A stretch of 64,000 bases of DNA from an uncultured Treponema sp. (GTDB lineage: Bacteria > Spirochaetota > Spirochaetia > Treponematales > Treponemataceae). This document shows positions 36,528 through 46,166 of the stretch, piece by piece (positions within the stretch are counted from its first letter, which is position 1; each line of letters starts with the position of its first letter). A program made the position numbers and the translations under genes. The notes below the pieces were generated by a model. That model was given only the letters and a program-made list of their open reading frames with translations. It was not told the DNA's origin and ran no database searches. The DNA lies in the NCBI GenBank assembly GCA_947165895.1, contig CAMVCB010000002.1, positions 288,155-352,154 on the forward strand. The letters run 5' to 3'.

Positions 36528-37499
36528 CTATTTCAACAAATCCTTTTCAATATATGATTCAACCCAATATTCATATTTAAGGTTATTTATGCTTACAAGA
36601 AAACTGATTGTGTCCTGCAGGGCTTTCTGATCCTCTTTTGTTACATTTACAGAATAATCATACTTTTTCATAATTGATTTAATCTGAGCTTCTGTAACAT
36701 TGAGTGCCAGGGAAAGTTTATGAAGAATTTCTGCGTCCAGATTCGAAAGGGATTTTGCAGCCCTTTCATACTGAAGAAGAATTTCTTTTATTATGTCGGC
36801 ATTTTCTTTAAGATAATCTTCGCGGACAACAAAACCGTTTGTGCCCCTTAAATCCGTTTCATGCCCCTGGGCAACAATTTTTGCAATTCCACGGTCTATT
36901 ATCCGGGTGATGTTGGGCTCCCAGATTATCACCGCATCCGCAAAGCCTTCTGAAAGAGCTACTTCTGCTTCTGAAGCTGAAATATTTATGAATTCAATAT
37001 CCTCAAAAGACAGACCTGCCTTACCCAGAAGTTTTTCTATAAAATTATGACCGGTCGAACCAAAAACGGTAGCAATTTTTTTTCCCTTCATGTCTTCAAA
37101 TGAATTGAAGGAAGAATCGTCTGCGCGGGCAATCATAGCATAGGCATCTGGCCCTCTCGCCGGAATGCCGACCAGCTTCATTTTTGTTGTGCCTGCCAGC
37201 GCCAGAACGGTCGGTACATCTCCTATAACGCCTATATCAGTCATCTCTGCAGAAAGGGATTCGTTCATCGGTGGTCCCGATTCAAAATCCTGCCAGACAA
37301 GGGTAACATTCTTTTTTTTGAGGGCATTTTCAATTGCATTCGTATAGCGGGCAATGTATAGAGGAATGAAGGCTGCTGATGGCTGGATTGCAATTCTTAC
37401 GCTTCTCTGAGCCGGTTTGCAGGCTGTAAAAGTAAGGATCAAAGTAAGAATCAGTGTTAAAAGAAAAAAATGCGACTTAAAATTGCGTCCAAAATCCAT
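36528..37499 (-). CDS. NMT1/SsuA-like (NitT/TauT family) periplasmic binding lipoprotein, orphan
   Basis: Lipobox LTFTAC|KP. IAIQPSAAFIPLYIA...DIGVIGDVP fits the pattern of SsuA/TauA-type binding proteins. No permease or ATPase gene is adjacent. Confidence 0.7.
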   Translation of the reverse strand: MDFGRNFKSHFFLLTLILTLILTFTACKPAQRSVRIAIQPSAAFIPLYIARYTNAIENALKKKNVTLVWQDFESGPPMNESLSAEMTDIGVIGDVPTVLALAGTTKMKLVGIPARGPDAYAMIARADDSSFNSFEDMKGKKIATVFGSTGHNFIEKLLGKAGLSFEDIEFINISASEAEVALSEGFADAVIIWEPNITRIIDRGIAKIVAQGHETDLRGTNGFVVREDYLKENADIIKEILLQYERAAKSLSNLDAEILHKLSLALNVTEAQIKSIMKKYDYSVNVTKEDQKALQDTISFLVSINNLKYEYWVESYIEKDLLK

Positions 37500-37601
37500 A
37501 TACTGTAAGCCTCTCTTCTATATTATATTATTATACAGCCAGCTGGCAAAAATTAAAAATATATTTTGTTAAAAAGCGAATTTGGATGTAAAATTTACTC
37601 T

Positions 37602-39467
37602 ATGGAATTTAAGCAGATTCGGAGAAATGCCTTCATTATCGTTGCGGTCTTTGTACTTGCCATTATGATGACTGCATCGATTGTTGTATTCCATCACAAA
37701 ATCAACGATTTTTTGTCAGATCTCTCCATCAGTAATATTACTGAAGTTCAGGAACTTGTTACCCAGACCCTCCGTGCAAAAATCACTGATCAGCTCAATA
37801 TGCTTGAGGCTCAGACCAGATATTTTGAAGATGTTGATATCAATGATTTTTCCCAGCTTAAGAAAACCATAATGGAAACTAAGGGTATCGGTGATTTTAA
37901 AAAGGTTGCCGTTGCCAACAAGGAAGGAATGTGCGTAAGCTACAAGGGGCAGCTTCTTCCGAATATCAAAAATAAGACTTTTTTCTATAATACAATCAGA
38001 AGCGGTCAGCCGCAGATTGCCAGCCGGATTGAAATGGATGATAATCTTCAGCCTGTTCTTTCCCTGACCTATCCCATAAAAAGGGGAGATGAGGTTGAAG
38101 CCATGCTGATTGGAACTCTTTCCTACAAGGTTCTGATTGATTTGTTTTCAATTTCCATGTTTTCGGGTCAGGGCTATATGTATATTATCACCGATACAGG
38201 AAATACAATCCTCTGTAACAAGAATAAAGATAAACCGATTTATAATATTAATTTTTATGATTATTTTAAGTCAAATGTGAGGGTGCAGACCATACTTCTG
38301 GAAAAAATGCGGGCTGATGTTTTAAGTTCCAGAGCTGGAGTTATGTTCTATCCTGGAGATAACGGAAAGAAGCTTGCAAGTTATGCTCCTCTTGGAATAA
38401 ATAAATGGAGCATTATTTCTGTACTGCCTTATTCATATATTACCCAGCAGCATTTTAAAATCAATTTAATTGTATTTGTCCTTCTGGGGGAGACTGTTTT
38501 CACAATCGGAGTATTTCTTCTGCTTATCTTCGTGCTTTTCCGCAAGGGCAGTCTGATTGAAAAGGATAATCAGCGTCTTTCAATTGTAACAACTCAGTCT
38601 CAGGTAATGATATTTGAGTATGACATTCAAAAGCAGGTGATTACTTTTTCAGGGGAAAGCCGTTTTATTATTGGAAATGACAGAAAAACTTTTACGATTG
38701 ATTATTTCAGAAGGGAATATTATAAGCGCATTCATCCCGAAGATTCTGCCGTTATGGAGCAGGTAAAGCGCGAGGTGGAAGGGGATTGTGATGAATTTTC
38801 TGCTGAAATCCGCTATAAGAATTTTTCTGATGAATATATCTGGATTCATCTTTCAGGGCGATTAATTAAAGATGATGAAAGTAAAAAAATCATCGGAAGC
38901 GTAAGAAATGTAAATGACCAGGTTATTTATGAGCAGAAGCTTAAGTCTCTTGCTGAAAATGATAATCTTACAGGCCTTTTGAATAAGGTTGAGATGGAAG
39001 CCCGGGCAAAACAGTTTTTTGAAGAATGTGATGACTCTATGCGGTCAGCCCTCTTTATAATCGATCTGGATAATTTTAAGAATGTAAATGATACTCTTGG
39101 TCATATGACTGGCGATATGGCAATTGAAGATGCCGCTAAAAAAATCTCCCTTATTTTTACAGAAAGAGATTATATCAGCCGTTTTGGTGGTGATGAATTC
39201 TGCATCCTCCTGAGGTTTAAGGAAGATACTGAAAAAAGTATCGTAAAAAAGATTATAAGGGATAAGGCAAAAAATCTCTGTAAATTTCTTTCGGAAGATT
39301 ATTTTGATGAAAAAAACAGAGTCAGCGTAAGTGCCAGTGTGGGAATTTCCCTTTATCCGGAGCACGGCCGTGATTACGAAAGTCTTTTCAAGCATGCTGA
39401 TGCAGCTCTTTATGAAGTAAAGCAGGGCGGCAAAAACGGCTATAAAATTTACGACAAAAAAATGTAA
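37602..39467 (+). CDS. Cache-PAS-GGDEF sensor diguanylate cyclase
   Basis: TM helix, a ~270-aa extracytoplasmic Cache-like domain, a second TM helix, a PAS-like segment, then IIDLDNFKNVNDTLGHMTGD and RFGGDEF. The I-site position reads TERD, so there is no RxxD. ATG 37602 is preferred over TTG 37566. Confidence 0.85.
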   Translation: MEFKQIRRNAFIIVAVFVLAIMMTASIVVFHHKINDFLSDLSISNITEVQELVTQTLRAKITDQLNMLEAQTRYFEDVDINDFSQLKKTIMETKGIGDFKKVAVANKEGMCVSYKGQLLPNIKNKTFFYNTIRSGQPQIASRIEMDDNLQPVLSLTYPIKRGDEVEAMLIGTLSYKVLIDLFSISMFSGQGYMYIITDTGNTILCNKNKDKPIYNINFYDYFKSNVRVQTILLEKMRADVLSSRAGVMFYPGDNGKKLASYAPLGINKWSIISVLPYSYITQQHFKINLIVFVLLGETVFTIGVFLLLIFVLFRKGSLIEKDNQRLSIVTTQSQVMIFEYDIQKQVITFSGESRFIIGNDRKTFTIDYFRREYYKRIHPEDSAVMEQVKREVEGDCDEFSAEIRYKNFSDEYIWIHLSGRLIKDDESKKIIGSVRNVNDQVIYEQKLKSLAENDNLTGLLNKVEMEARAKQFFEECDDSMRSALFIIDLDNFKNVNDTLGHMTGDMAIEDAAKKISLIFTERDYISRFGGDEFCILLRFKEDTEKSIVKKIIRDKAKNLCKFLSEDYFDEKNRVSVSASVGISLYPEHGRDYESLFKHADAALYEVKQGGKNGYKIYDKKM

Positions 39468-39525
39468 CTTTGCGGGAGAAATGAGAGCTGGCGCGGCTTG
39501 AAATAATTAAAAGATTGTAACCTGC

Positions 39526-39560
39526 AAAAAAAAAGACTTCTGCGAAACAGAAGTCTTTTG
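39526..39560. terminator. bidirectional terminator
   Basis: AAGACTTCTG (39533-39542) pairs with CAGAAGTCTT (39548-39557) around loop CGAAA. A9 lies on the left and T-rich sequence on the right. Sits between the cyclase gene and the tRNA 3' end. Confidence 0.8.
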
Positions 39561-39633
39561 TGAGCTACACTGGATTCGAACCAGTGACCCACGCCTTAAA
39601 AGGGCGTTGCTCTACCTACTGAGCTAGTAGCCC
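39561..39633 (-). tRNA. tRNA-Lys (anticodon UUU)
   Basis: The reverse complement GGGCTACTAGCTCAGTAGGTAGAGCAACGCCCTTTTAAGGCGTGGGTCACTGGTTCGAATCCAGTGTAGCTCA folds as a 73-nt cloverleaf. Anticodon loop is CTTTTAA, T-loop is TTCGAAT. CCA is not encoded. Confidence 0.93.
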
Positions 39634-39658
39634 AACTCATTCTTGCGAATGCTTGATT

Positions 39659-39687
39659 AATATATTCTTTATGCGAAAAAGTGTCAA
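39659..39687 (-). promoter_or_regulatory. sigma70-type promoter for tRNA-Lys
   Basis: The minus strand reads TTGACA, a 17-nt spacer, then TATATT. The -10 element ends about 25 nt upstream of the mature tRNA 5' end. Confidence 0.6.
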
Positions 39688-39810
39688 GTGCATAAAGCTG
39701 GAATTTCGAAAAAAAAATAAAATATTTTTCCTGATGATTTTTTTTAAGTTATGCATTATTCTGTTAATATGCTTTGACTGGCTTGTCCGGTCTTCTGGAG
39801 GCTTTTGAAT

Positions 39811-40032
39811 ATGATTTCTATTATTGTAGGTTTGATTTTTATTGCGTTTACTGTTTTTGCAGTTCTTCCATCTTGTCCTTTGAACTGGGGCTCTGATGTA
39901 GTTGCCTTCCTTAAAGGCTTTGCTCCTGTTCTTGCAGCCTTCCTTGGCTTTATCTGCCTTTTTATTGGTGCCGCTGACATTAAAGATAAGAGCGAGGCAA
40001 AAAAAGAAGACGCTGAAAAGGTAGAAGCTTAG
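39811..40032 (+). CDS. small two-TM membrane protein (73 aa)
   Basis: GGAGG lies 9 nt upstream of ATG 39811. Two hydrophobic helices and a Lys/Glu-rich tail. Confidence 0.6.
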   Translation: MISIIVGLIFIAFTVFAVLPSCPLNWGSDVVAFLKGFAPVLAAFLGFICLFIGAADIKDKSEAKKEDAEKVEA

Positions 40033-40082
40033 CAGCCTGAAAAGGTAGAAGCCTAAAAATGGTGCCTTAAATTTGCAGTGCT

Positions 40083-40129
40083 GCCATTCTTCATTTCAAC
40101 TTCGCATAGCGAAGTTGAAATGAAGAATG
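40083..40129. repeat. 47-bp perfect palindrome (22-bp arms, 3-nt loop)
   Basis: CCATTCTTCATTTCAACTTCGC, then ata, then GCGAAGTTGAAATGAAGAATGG. No U-tract follows. Confidence 0.9.
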
Positions 40130-40365
40130 GATTGCATGTGTGTAAAAGCAGGCGTTGCGGGTGCAACCCGCAGAAAGGGTAGCACGCAACGAAGTGCGGG
40201 CGTAGGGAAAGGCTTTTCCCTCCTCTTGATTCTTTTGAGTAAATCTGATATTTTATAGTACCCCGTATGAAAATCGGAACCGCTCATTCTGATTTTCGCG
40301 ACTTTTGAACAAGATGCAAATGTTCTTAAATCGCAAGATAAACTTTTTAATTTCAAGGTATTATC

Positions 40366-40794
40366 ATGGATACAATTTTCGTTAAGGAAAGTGAACAGGC
40401 TCGCAAATGGTACGTTATTGACGCAGCCGGAAAACCACTTGGACGCGTTGCTGCTAAAGCTGCCGCAATTGCTCGTGGAAAGAACAAGGTAACATATACA
40501 AAGAACCAGAACATGGGTGACTTTGTTGTAATCATCAACGCAGAAAAAGTTGCTGTTACTGGTGGTAAAGAACAGAAAAAGATTTATCATCATCATACAG
40601 GATTTGTAGGCGGTCTCCGCTCACAGACATTTGAAAAACTTTTGGAAAAACATCCAACTGATCCACTCGCACTGGCAGTTGCAGGTATGCTTCCACATAG
40701 TCGTCTTGGCCGTAAACTTATGGACAATGTAAAAATCTACGCTGGTGCAGAGCATCCACATACAGCTCAGAAACCAGAAGCAATCGAACTTTAA
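40366..40794 (+). CDS. rplM: 50S ribosomal protein L13
   Basis: KWYVIDAAGKPLGRVAAKAA..ARGKNK..YT...D.GDFVVIINAEKVAVTG is collinear with bacterial L13. Confidence 0.97.
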   Translation: MDTIFVKESEQARKWYVIDAAGKPLGRVAAKAAAIARGKNKVTYTKNQNMGDFVVIINAEKVAVTGGKEQKKIYHHHTGFVGGLRSQTFEKLLEKHPTDPLALAVAGMLPHSRLGRKLMDNVKIYAGAEHPHTAQKPEAIEL

Positions 40795-40809
40795 GGCTAG
40801 GAGAAAATC

Positions 40810-41202
40810 ATGGTAAAGAATATTGCTATTGGTACAGGAAGAAGAAAGACTGCAGTTGCTCGCGTTTTTGTTCGCGACGGTTCAGGTAAAATTGTAGTAA
40901 ACGGAAAAGATGTAAAAGATTATTTCGATTCATTGGAGCAGCTTCAGGTTGTTCGTCAGCCTCTTCTGGTTACTTCAAATGACGGAAAATATGACATTCT
41001 TATCAACGTAACTGGCGGTGGTATGAACGGTCAGGCAGCTGCCTGCTTGCACGGAATTTCACGCGCTTTGGTTCAGATTGATCCAGATGCACGCACAGCT
41101 CTTAAAGCTAACGGATATCTTACTCGCGACTCTCGTATGGTTGAGCGTAAGAAGTACGGTCAGAAGGGAGCTCGCCGCAGATTCCAGTTCTCAAAACGTT
41201 AG
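40810..41202 (+). CDS. rpsI: 30S ribosomal protein S9
   Basis: [12 protein letters not shown] at the N-terminus and [11 protein letters not shown] at the C-terminus. Confidence 0.97.
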   Translation: MVKNIAIGTGRRKTAVARVFVRDGSGKIVVNGKDVKDYFDSLEQLQVVRQPLLVTSNDGKYDILINVTGGGMNGQAAACLHGISRALVQIDPDARTALKANGYLTRDSRMVERKKYGQKGARRRFQFSKR

Positions 41203-41229
41203 TCGAAGGCTTTCGCCTTCTCCTTCGAA

Positions 41230-41256
41230 GTTGCTTGAAAAGATTTTTCAAGCAAC
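41230..41256 (+). terminator. 12-bp hairpin after rpsI
   Basis: GTTGCTTGAAAA pairs with TTTTCAAGCAAC around loop GAT. Weak T-run. Confidence 0.4.
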
Positions 41257-41284
41257 GTTCGCTAGTTTTTACTTTCGTTTTACA

Positions 41285-41316
41285 AAAGTGCCGGTTATGG
41301 CCGGCACTTTTTTTAT
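41285..41316 (+). terminator. rho-independent terminator of rplM-rpsI
   Basis: GTGCCGG pairs with CCGGCAC across a 6-nt loop and is followed by T7. Confidence 0.75.
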
Positions 41317-41341
41317 TTTAAAATTATTGTATAATCATCTT

Positions 41342-42742
41342 ATGAACATGAATGATTTACGGGCTATGGCTTACGGCAGGCAGCAGAATATGGGAAAGGT
41401 AGAAAGTGATACAAAAAATGTAAAACCTTTTATCCCTCAGACCTTTATCAAAAGTGAAAAAGAAGAAGAAAAGCAGCAGGCGCCTAAAAACGTAAAAGCC
41501 TTTGTTCCTCAAAAGCTCAGTAAATCACCTGAGACTGAAAATCAAATCCGCCAGCCTGAAGTTAAGGCATTTAAGCCAGCAGCTTTTATAAAAACATCGG
41601 AGTCTTCTTCCGCAATGAAGGAAGCTGGGAACTCTTTTGCCAGTTCACGTGCAGAAAAATCTCTTGATAATTCAAAGCTTCTTGATCAGGCGGCTTCTTA
41701 CCTTAAAAAAGGCGGACTTATTAAAGTTCCGGGCGAGTCTAAGACTCCCGACGGAAAGGACTCCGTTTACCGCCGTGTTGCAAAGTTTCTTCTATTAATA
41801 GGTGAGGATGAGGCCGCAAAAATTCTTCCTCATCTGAATGAAAAACAGATTGAGCGCATTATCCCGGAAATTGCTTCTATCCGCACTGTAAACAAGGATG
41901 AAGCAAACGTCATTCTTGCAGAATTCAATGAGCTTCTTGCCCAGACTAAATCTTCCGGCGGAATAGAAACTGCCCGTGAAATGCTGGAAAAGGCCTACGG
42001 AAAAGATAAGGCCGACCAGATGCTTTCTAATGCCGTTCAGTTTGACGGTGAAAGACCATTTGAATACCTTCGTGATTTTGAAGAAGAGAGAATTTATCTT
42101 CTTTTGAAGGATGAAAATGTTGGCGTCCAGTCTATGGTTCTTTCTTTTTTACAGCCGGAAAAAGCCGCAAAAGTAATCAACCAGATGTCGGCCGAAGAAA
42201 AGCGGGAAGTTGTAATGCGCCTTGCAAAAATGGAGCCTGTCAGCCCCGATATTATCCGCCGTGTAAGTCAGGCTCTTCATGAAAAGGCCGAAAATCAGGT
42301 TGTGGAAAAGGCAGAAACAATAGACGGACGAAACGCACTGGCTCAGATTCTAAAAAAGATGGATTTTGATACTGAAGCTGAAATTCTTGGTGAGCTTTCT
42401 GCCAATGATCCTGATCTTGGCCAGGATTTAAAGCAGCGTCTTTTTACTTATGAAGATGTTGTAAATGCGGACGATAAAATCGTTCAGTCTGAGCTTAGAA
42501 ATCTTTCTGACCAGGACATTGCTTATCTGATTGCCGGAAAAAATGATGATTTTTGTGAAAAAATCCTTTCAAATATTTCTGCCGGCCGCCGTAGTGAAGT
42601 GCGGGCTCAGGGTGATATTTTAAAGCCGATGAGAAAAAGCGACGTTGACCGCATTACCGGTTCTTTTGTTGCCCGACTTAGAAACGAGTTTGAAAGCGGA
42701 AATCTTATAATCAAAAACAGAAACGAAGATAAATTTATTTAA
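41342..42742 (+). CDS. fliG: FliG-family flagellar switch protein paralogue with N-terminal extension
   Basis: From KFLLLIGEDEAAKILPHL onward it is collinear with FliG (middle and C-terminal domains, MRKSDVDRI..). ATG 41342 is the first start after the rpsI terminators. The ORF-track start at 41078 lies inside rpsI. Confidence 0.85.
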   Translation: MNMNDLRAMAYGRQQNMGKVESDTKNVKPFIPQTFIKSEKEEEKQQAPKNVKAFVPQKLSKSPETENQIRQPEVKAFKPAAFIKTSESSSAMKEAGNSFASSRAEKSLDNSKLLDQAASYLKKGGLIKVPGESKTPDGKDSVYRRVAKFLLLIGEDEAAKILPHLNEKQIERIIPEIASIRTVNKDEANVILAEFNELLAQTKSSGGIETAREMLEKAYGKDKADQMLSNAVQFDGERPFEYLRDFEEERIYLLLKDENVGVQSMVLSFLQPEKAAKVINQMSAEEKREVVMRLAKMEPVSPDIIRRVSQALHEKAENQVVEKAETIDGRNALAQILKKMDFDTEAEILGELSANDPDLGQDLKQRLFTYEDVVNADDKIVQSELRNLSDQDIAYLIAGKNDDFCEKILSNISAGRRSEVRAQGDILKPMRKSDVDRITGSFVARLRNEFESGNLIIKNRNEDKFI

Positions 42743-42757
42743 TTTATATTTAATTTT

Positions 42758-45700
42758 ATGATGGACAAAATAATGAAATTTTACGAACAATATCCTGAAG
42801 GAAGCCAGTATAAGGACTTTGCTGTAGTCAGCGTTGACCAGCTCAAGGATTTTAAGGCTGTGGGAGTTTATCTCCGCCACAAAAGTACAGGACTTGAGGT
42901 TTATCATATTATAAATGATGATGAGGAAAATCTTTTTTCCTTGAATTTCAGAACTCTTGCCAAAAATTCATACGGCGCCGCCCACATTATGGAGCATTCC
43001 GTTCTCTGTGGTTCAGAAAAGTTTCCCCTCAAGGAGCCATTTACAACTCTTGAAAATCAGAGCGTTAAATCTTTTTTGAACGCAATGACTTATCCCGATA
43101 AAACCTCTTATCCTGCGGCTTCTTTGATTCAGTCGGATTATTTTAATCTGATGGATGTTTATGCAGATGCGGTTTTCTTTCCAAAGCTTTCGCGCCACAC
43201 TTTTATGCAGGAAGGCTGGCGCCTTGAAATGGATGATAAGGACAAGCTTTCAATTCAGGGCGTTGTTTACAATGAAATGAAGGCGAAATTTTCAGCCTTC
43301 AATCAGGTTGCAATAGACAGCATGATTGATACCATGTATCCGGATTCTGTTTACTGCTATGAAAGCGGCGGTGATCCTCTTGAAATTCCAAATCTTAGCT
43401 ACGAAAACTGGCTGGACTTCCATAAAAAGTTTTATTCACCTTCCAACTGTCTGCTTTTCCTTTACGGAAACATTCCGACTCAGCTTCAGCTTGATTTTAT
43501 TGCGGAAAAATATATTCCCCGTCTGGAAAAAGCATACCCCGCACCTGTAATTTCGGACCTTTATTCAAAAACGCCTTTTATTTCGGACGAAATCAAAAAT
43601 CTTCAGAAAACTGCCTGCCTGGAAAAGAGTGTCAGTCTTAAGGCTTTTGCTCCAGATAACGGCGCAACCGGCTCTATGGTCTGCCGCGCCTGGTACACAG
43701 GAAGCTATGATATAGAAAACACTTATCTTTCTGAGGTTCTTTCCGGCAATGATTCTTCCCCGATTTCAAAAATTCTTCAGGAATCCAGACTTGGTGATGA
43801 TCTTGCCCCGGTCTGCGGAAACTTCGGCTATGTTCACAACAACAATTTTATGGCATGGGGACTTAGCGGAGTAAAAAAAGGCAATGAAAAGAAGGTTTTT
43901 GACCTGATTCAGTCGGCCGTTGAAAGGGTTTATCAGGACGGCCTTTCTGAGGATGACATTAATTCTGCAATCATGGGAATTGATTTTAATCTGCGCGAGG
44001 TTGGACGGCACTTCGGACCTTTTTCAATCGTTCTTATGAGTAAGGCTCTTGCCGGCTGGACAAATGGTCTTGAACCAAAAGCCCATCTTTCTCCGATTTC
44101 TGATTTTGAAATCGTAAAAGAAAAGCTGGCTTCGGATCCGGATTATACAAAGAAGCTGATAAAAAAATATTTTATAGATTCTCCTGTTCACGCAGACCTT
44201 GTAGTTGAACCATCAAAAAAATATTTTGAAGAGCGTAATGCGAAGGAAAAGGCCCTGCTTTCTGATTTTGAAAAGAATACCGACCGTGAAAAGCTGAAAA
44301 TTGAGCTGGAAGCCCTTCATGCCTATCAGGCAAAGGAGGAAAGTCCTGAAGAATTAAGCTGTATCCCTCACTTAAAGCTTTCCCAGCTTACTGCAGATAT
44401 TAATCACATAAAAACAGAGCTTTCCAGCGTAAAATCAGATGATGGTGATATTAACCTTGTTTTAAGCGATGAGGCTACAAATGGCATTGTTTATGTTGAT
44501 GTTGCTTTCCCGATTGATAATGTTGCGCCGGAAGATTTTAAATATCTTCCGTTAATGATAGATTCCCTTACCGACTTGGGCTGGAACGGCAAAAAATGGG
44601 ACCTTTGTACTACTCAGATGGCCTGCGTAATGGGCGATGTAGGAACTCGAACCATAATAGGCGAGCTTCCTGATTCAGATTACAGCCGGCAGACTGCCGC
44701 ATCTTATAAAGATAAAAATATTGCCGGCCGCAGCTGGGTTTCTATTTCTGCAAAGTTCCTTTCTCACAAAACAGAAGAAAGCCTTAAAATGCTTTCGGAA
44801 ATAATTTCGAAAATGTCTTTTGATGATGTTAAGAGGATGGAAACAATTCTTGCTGAAAATCAGCTGGATAAAAAGTCCAACTTTATCCATCATGGAACTC
44901 ATTATCTTTCATTGAGAGGGCGGGCTTATTATAACAAGGCAAGCGCAATGAGCGAGCTTTTTTATGGAGTAAGCCAGTATTTCTGGATGAATTCCTATAA
45001 GAAAAAGGATGTCGCTTCCCTGCTTAAAAAATTCAAATCGCTTTATGAAGATATTTTATCTCAGGGCTGCGTAATCCACGTTACTTCGGATTCTGATTCA
45101 ATAAAAAAAGTGACTTGCGGCCTTGAAAATTTTGTAAAAGAAGCCGGATTGAAAAGCTTGAAGGCGTCAAAAGGCTATTCTTTGAAGGATTATGTACCAT
45201 TTATTTACCAGTCTGAGCCTGAAAATCAGCAGATTGAGGCAATGAAAATAAAAACTCAGACAGGATTTGCCGCAGCCTTTTTCCCGTGTTCAATCTGGCT
45301 TACAAAAGAAGCGGCTGCAGAGGATATTCTTTCAACCTGGCTTAACGGTCATCAGCTTTGGGAAAAAATCCGCATGACTGGCGGAGCTTACGGTGGTTCA
45401 TGTTCCCCTGACTCAACTGATAAGATTTTTTCTATGATGAGCTGGCGGGATCCGACTCCCGTAAAATCTCTTGATTTGTTTATTGAATCTTTGCAGGAGG
45501 TCTGCGAAAAGAAATTCACACAGGAAGAAGTCGAGTGCTGTATCATTTCAAATTACAGTGATGAGATTGTTCCTGACAGTCCAAGTCAGAGGGGAGTGAG
45601 GGGCTTTAACCGCTTCCTCTTTGGTACAAGACCTGAAATGATTCAAAAACGGCTTGAAGATACCCTTAAGGTGACTCCGGAGGATGTTCATCAGGCTGCT

Positions 45701-45790
45701 GTAAGGCTTCTGGAAAACAGTAAAAAGTGCCGTCGCCTTATAATTTGTGATAAATCAACAGAATTTTGTGGAAAAGTAATTCAAATATAG
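42758..45790 (+). CDS. M16C (PreP-like) zinc metallopeptidase
   Basis: Inverted zinc motif HIMEH with downstream Glu. The ~1000-aa four-domain length is typical of M16C peptidases. Confidence 0.85.
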   Translation: MMDKIMKFYEQYPEGSQYKDFAVVSVDQLKDFKAVGVYLRHKSTGLEVYHIINDDEENLFSLNFRTLAKNSYGAAHIMEHSVLCGSEKFPLKEPFTTLENQSVKSFLNAMTYPDKTSYPAASLIQSDYFNLMDVYADAVFFPKLSRHTFMQEGWRLEMDDKDKLSIQGVVYNEMKAKFSAFNQVAIDSMIDTMYPDSVYCYESGGDPLEIPNLSYENWLDFHKKFYSPSNCLLFLYGNIPTQLQLDFIAEKYIPRLEKAYPAPVISDLYSKTPFISDEIKNLQKTACLEKSVSLKAFAPDNGATGSMVCRAWYTGSYDIENTYLSEVLSGNDSSPISKILQESRLGDDLAPVCGNFGYVHNNNFMAWGLSGVKKGNEKKVFDLIQSAVERVYQDGLSEDDINSAIMGIDFNLREVGRHFGPFSIVLMSKALAGWTNGLEPKAHLSPISDFEIVKEKLASDPDYTKKLIKKYFIDSPVHADLVVEPSKKYFEERNAKEKALLSDFEKNTDREKLKIELEALHAYQAKEESPEELSCIPHLKLSQLTADINHIKTELSSVKSDDGDINLVLSDEATNGIVYVDVAFPIDNVAPEDFKYLPLMIDSLTDLGWNGKKWDLCTTQMACVMGDVGTRTIIGELPDSDYSRQTAASYKDKNIAGRSWVSISAKFLSHKTEESLKMLSEIISKMSFDDVKRMETILAENQLDKKSNFIHHGTHYLSLRGRAYYNKASAMSELFYGVSQYFWMNSYKKKDVASLLKKFKSLYEDILSQGCVIHVTSDSDSIKKVTCGLENFVKEAGLKSLKASKGYSLKDYVPFIYQSEPENQQIEAMKIKTQTGFAAAFFPCSIWLTKEAAAEDILSTWLNGHQLWEKIRMTGGAYGGSCSPDSTDKIFSMMSWRDPTPVKSLDLFIESLQEVCEKKFTQEEVECCIISNYSDEIVPDSPSQRGVRGFNRFLFGTRPEMIQKRLEDTLKVTPEDVHQAAVRLLENSKKCRRLIICDKSTEFCGKVIQI

Positions 45791-45841
45791 GTATAATACT
45801 TTAGTTGTATAACGAATTTTTATTGTGAGGCGGATAGAAAT

Positions 45842-46060
45842 ATGGATAAAAAGGTTCTTGAATGTGTAAAAATGCTGCGCGGTCTTGTTTCTGATGTACA
45901 GGGTGCTCCATTTCCGGGCGAAGATATAAAAACAGAGCTTTATCAGATCTGGTATGAGCATGCTCAGAAGGCAGCTGTTCAGTGTTTTGAATATCTTAAT
46001 GACAACTTCCCTAAAGAGCAGGAAGAGCTTAATAAAGCAATCGGACGCATGATTCCGTAA
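45842..46060 (+). CDS. small hypothetical protein (72 aa)
   Basis: GAGG lies upstream. Host-like codon usage. No recognisable motif. Confidence 0.45.
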   Translation: MDKKVLECVKMLRGLVSDVQGAPFPGEDIKTELYQIWYEHAQKAAVQCFEYLNDNFPKEQEELNKAIGRMIP

Positions 46061-46166
46061 GCTTTTTCCCGGCATTTTTTTACTGTAAAAAGATATTTTT
46101 TGCTTAATAAAATCCTTGTTTTACCGAAAATTGAATTGAGTAAGTAGAATAAGGATTGTTTTTTAA

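Noticed and set aside
40096-40596. 166-aa minus-strand ORF.
   Set aside because: It is antisense to rplM and spans the palindromic, GC-rich non-coding region. It has no RBS and an implausible composition.
41078-41341. N-terminal 88 codons of the ORF-track fliG ORF (start 41078).
   Set aside because: This part overlaps rpsI in another frame and runs through two terminator hairpins. The FliG-like gene must start at ATG 41342.
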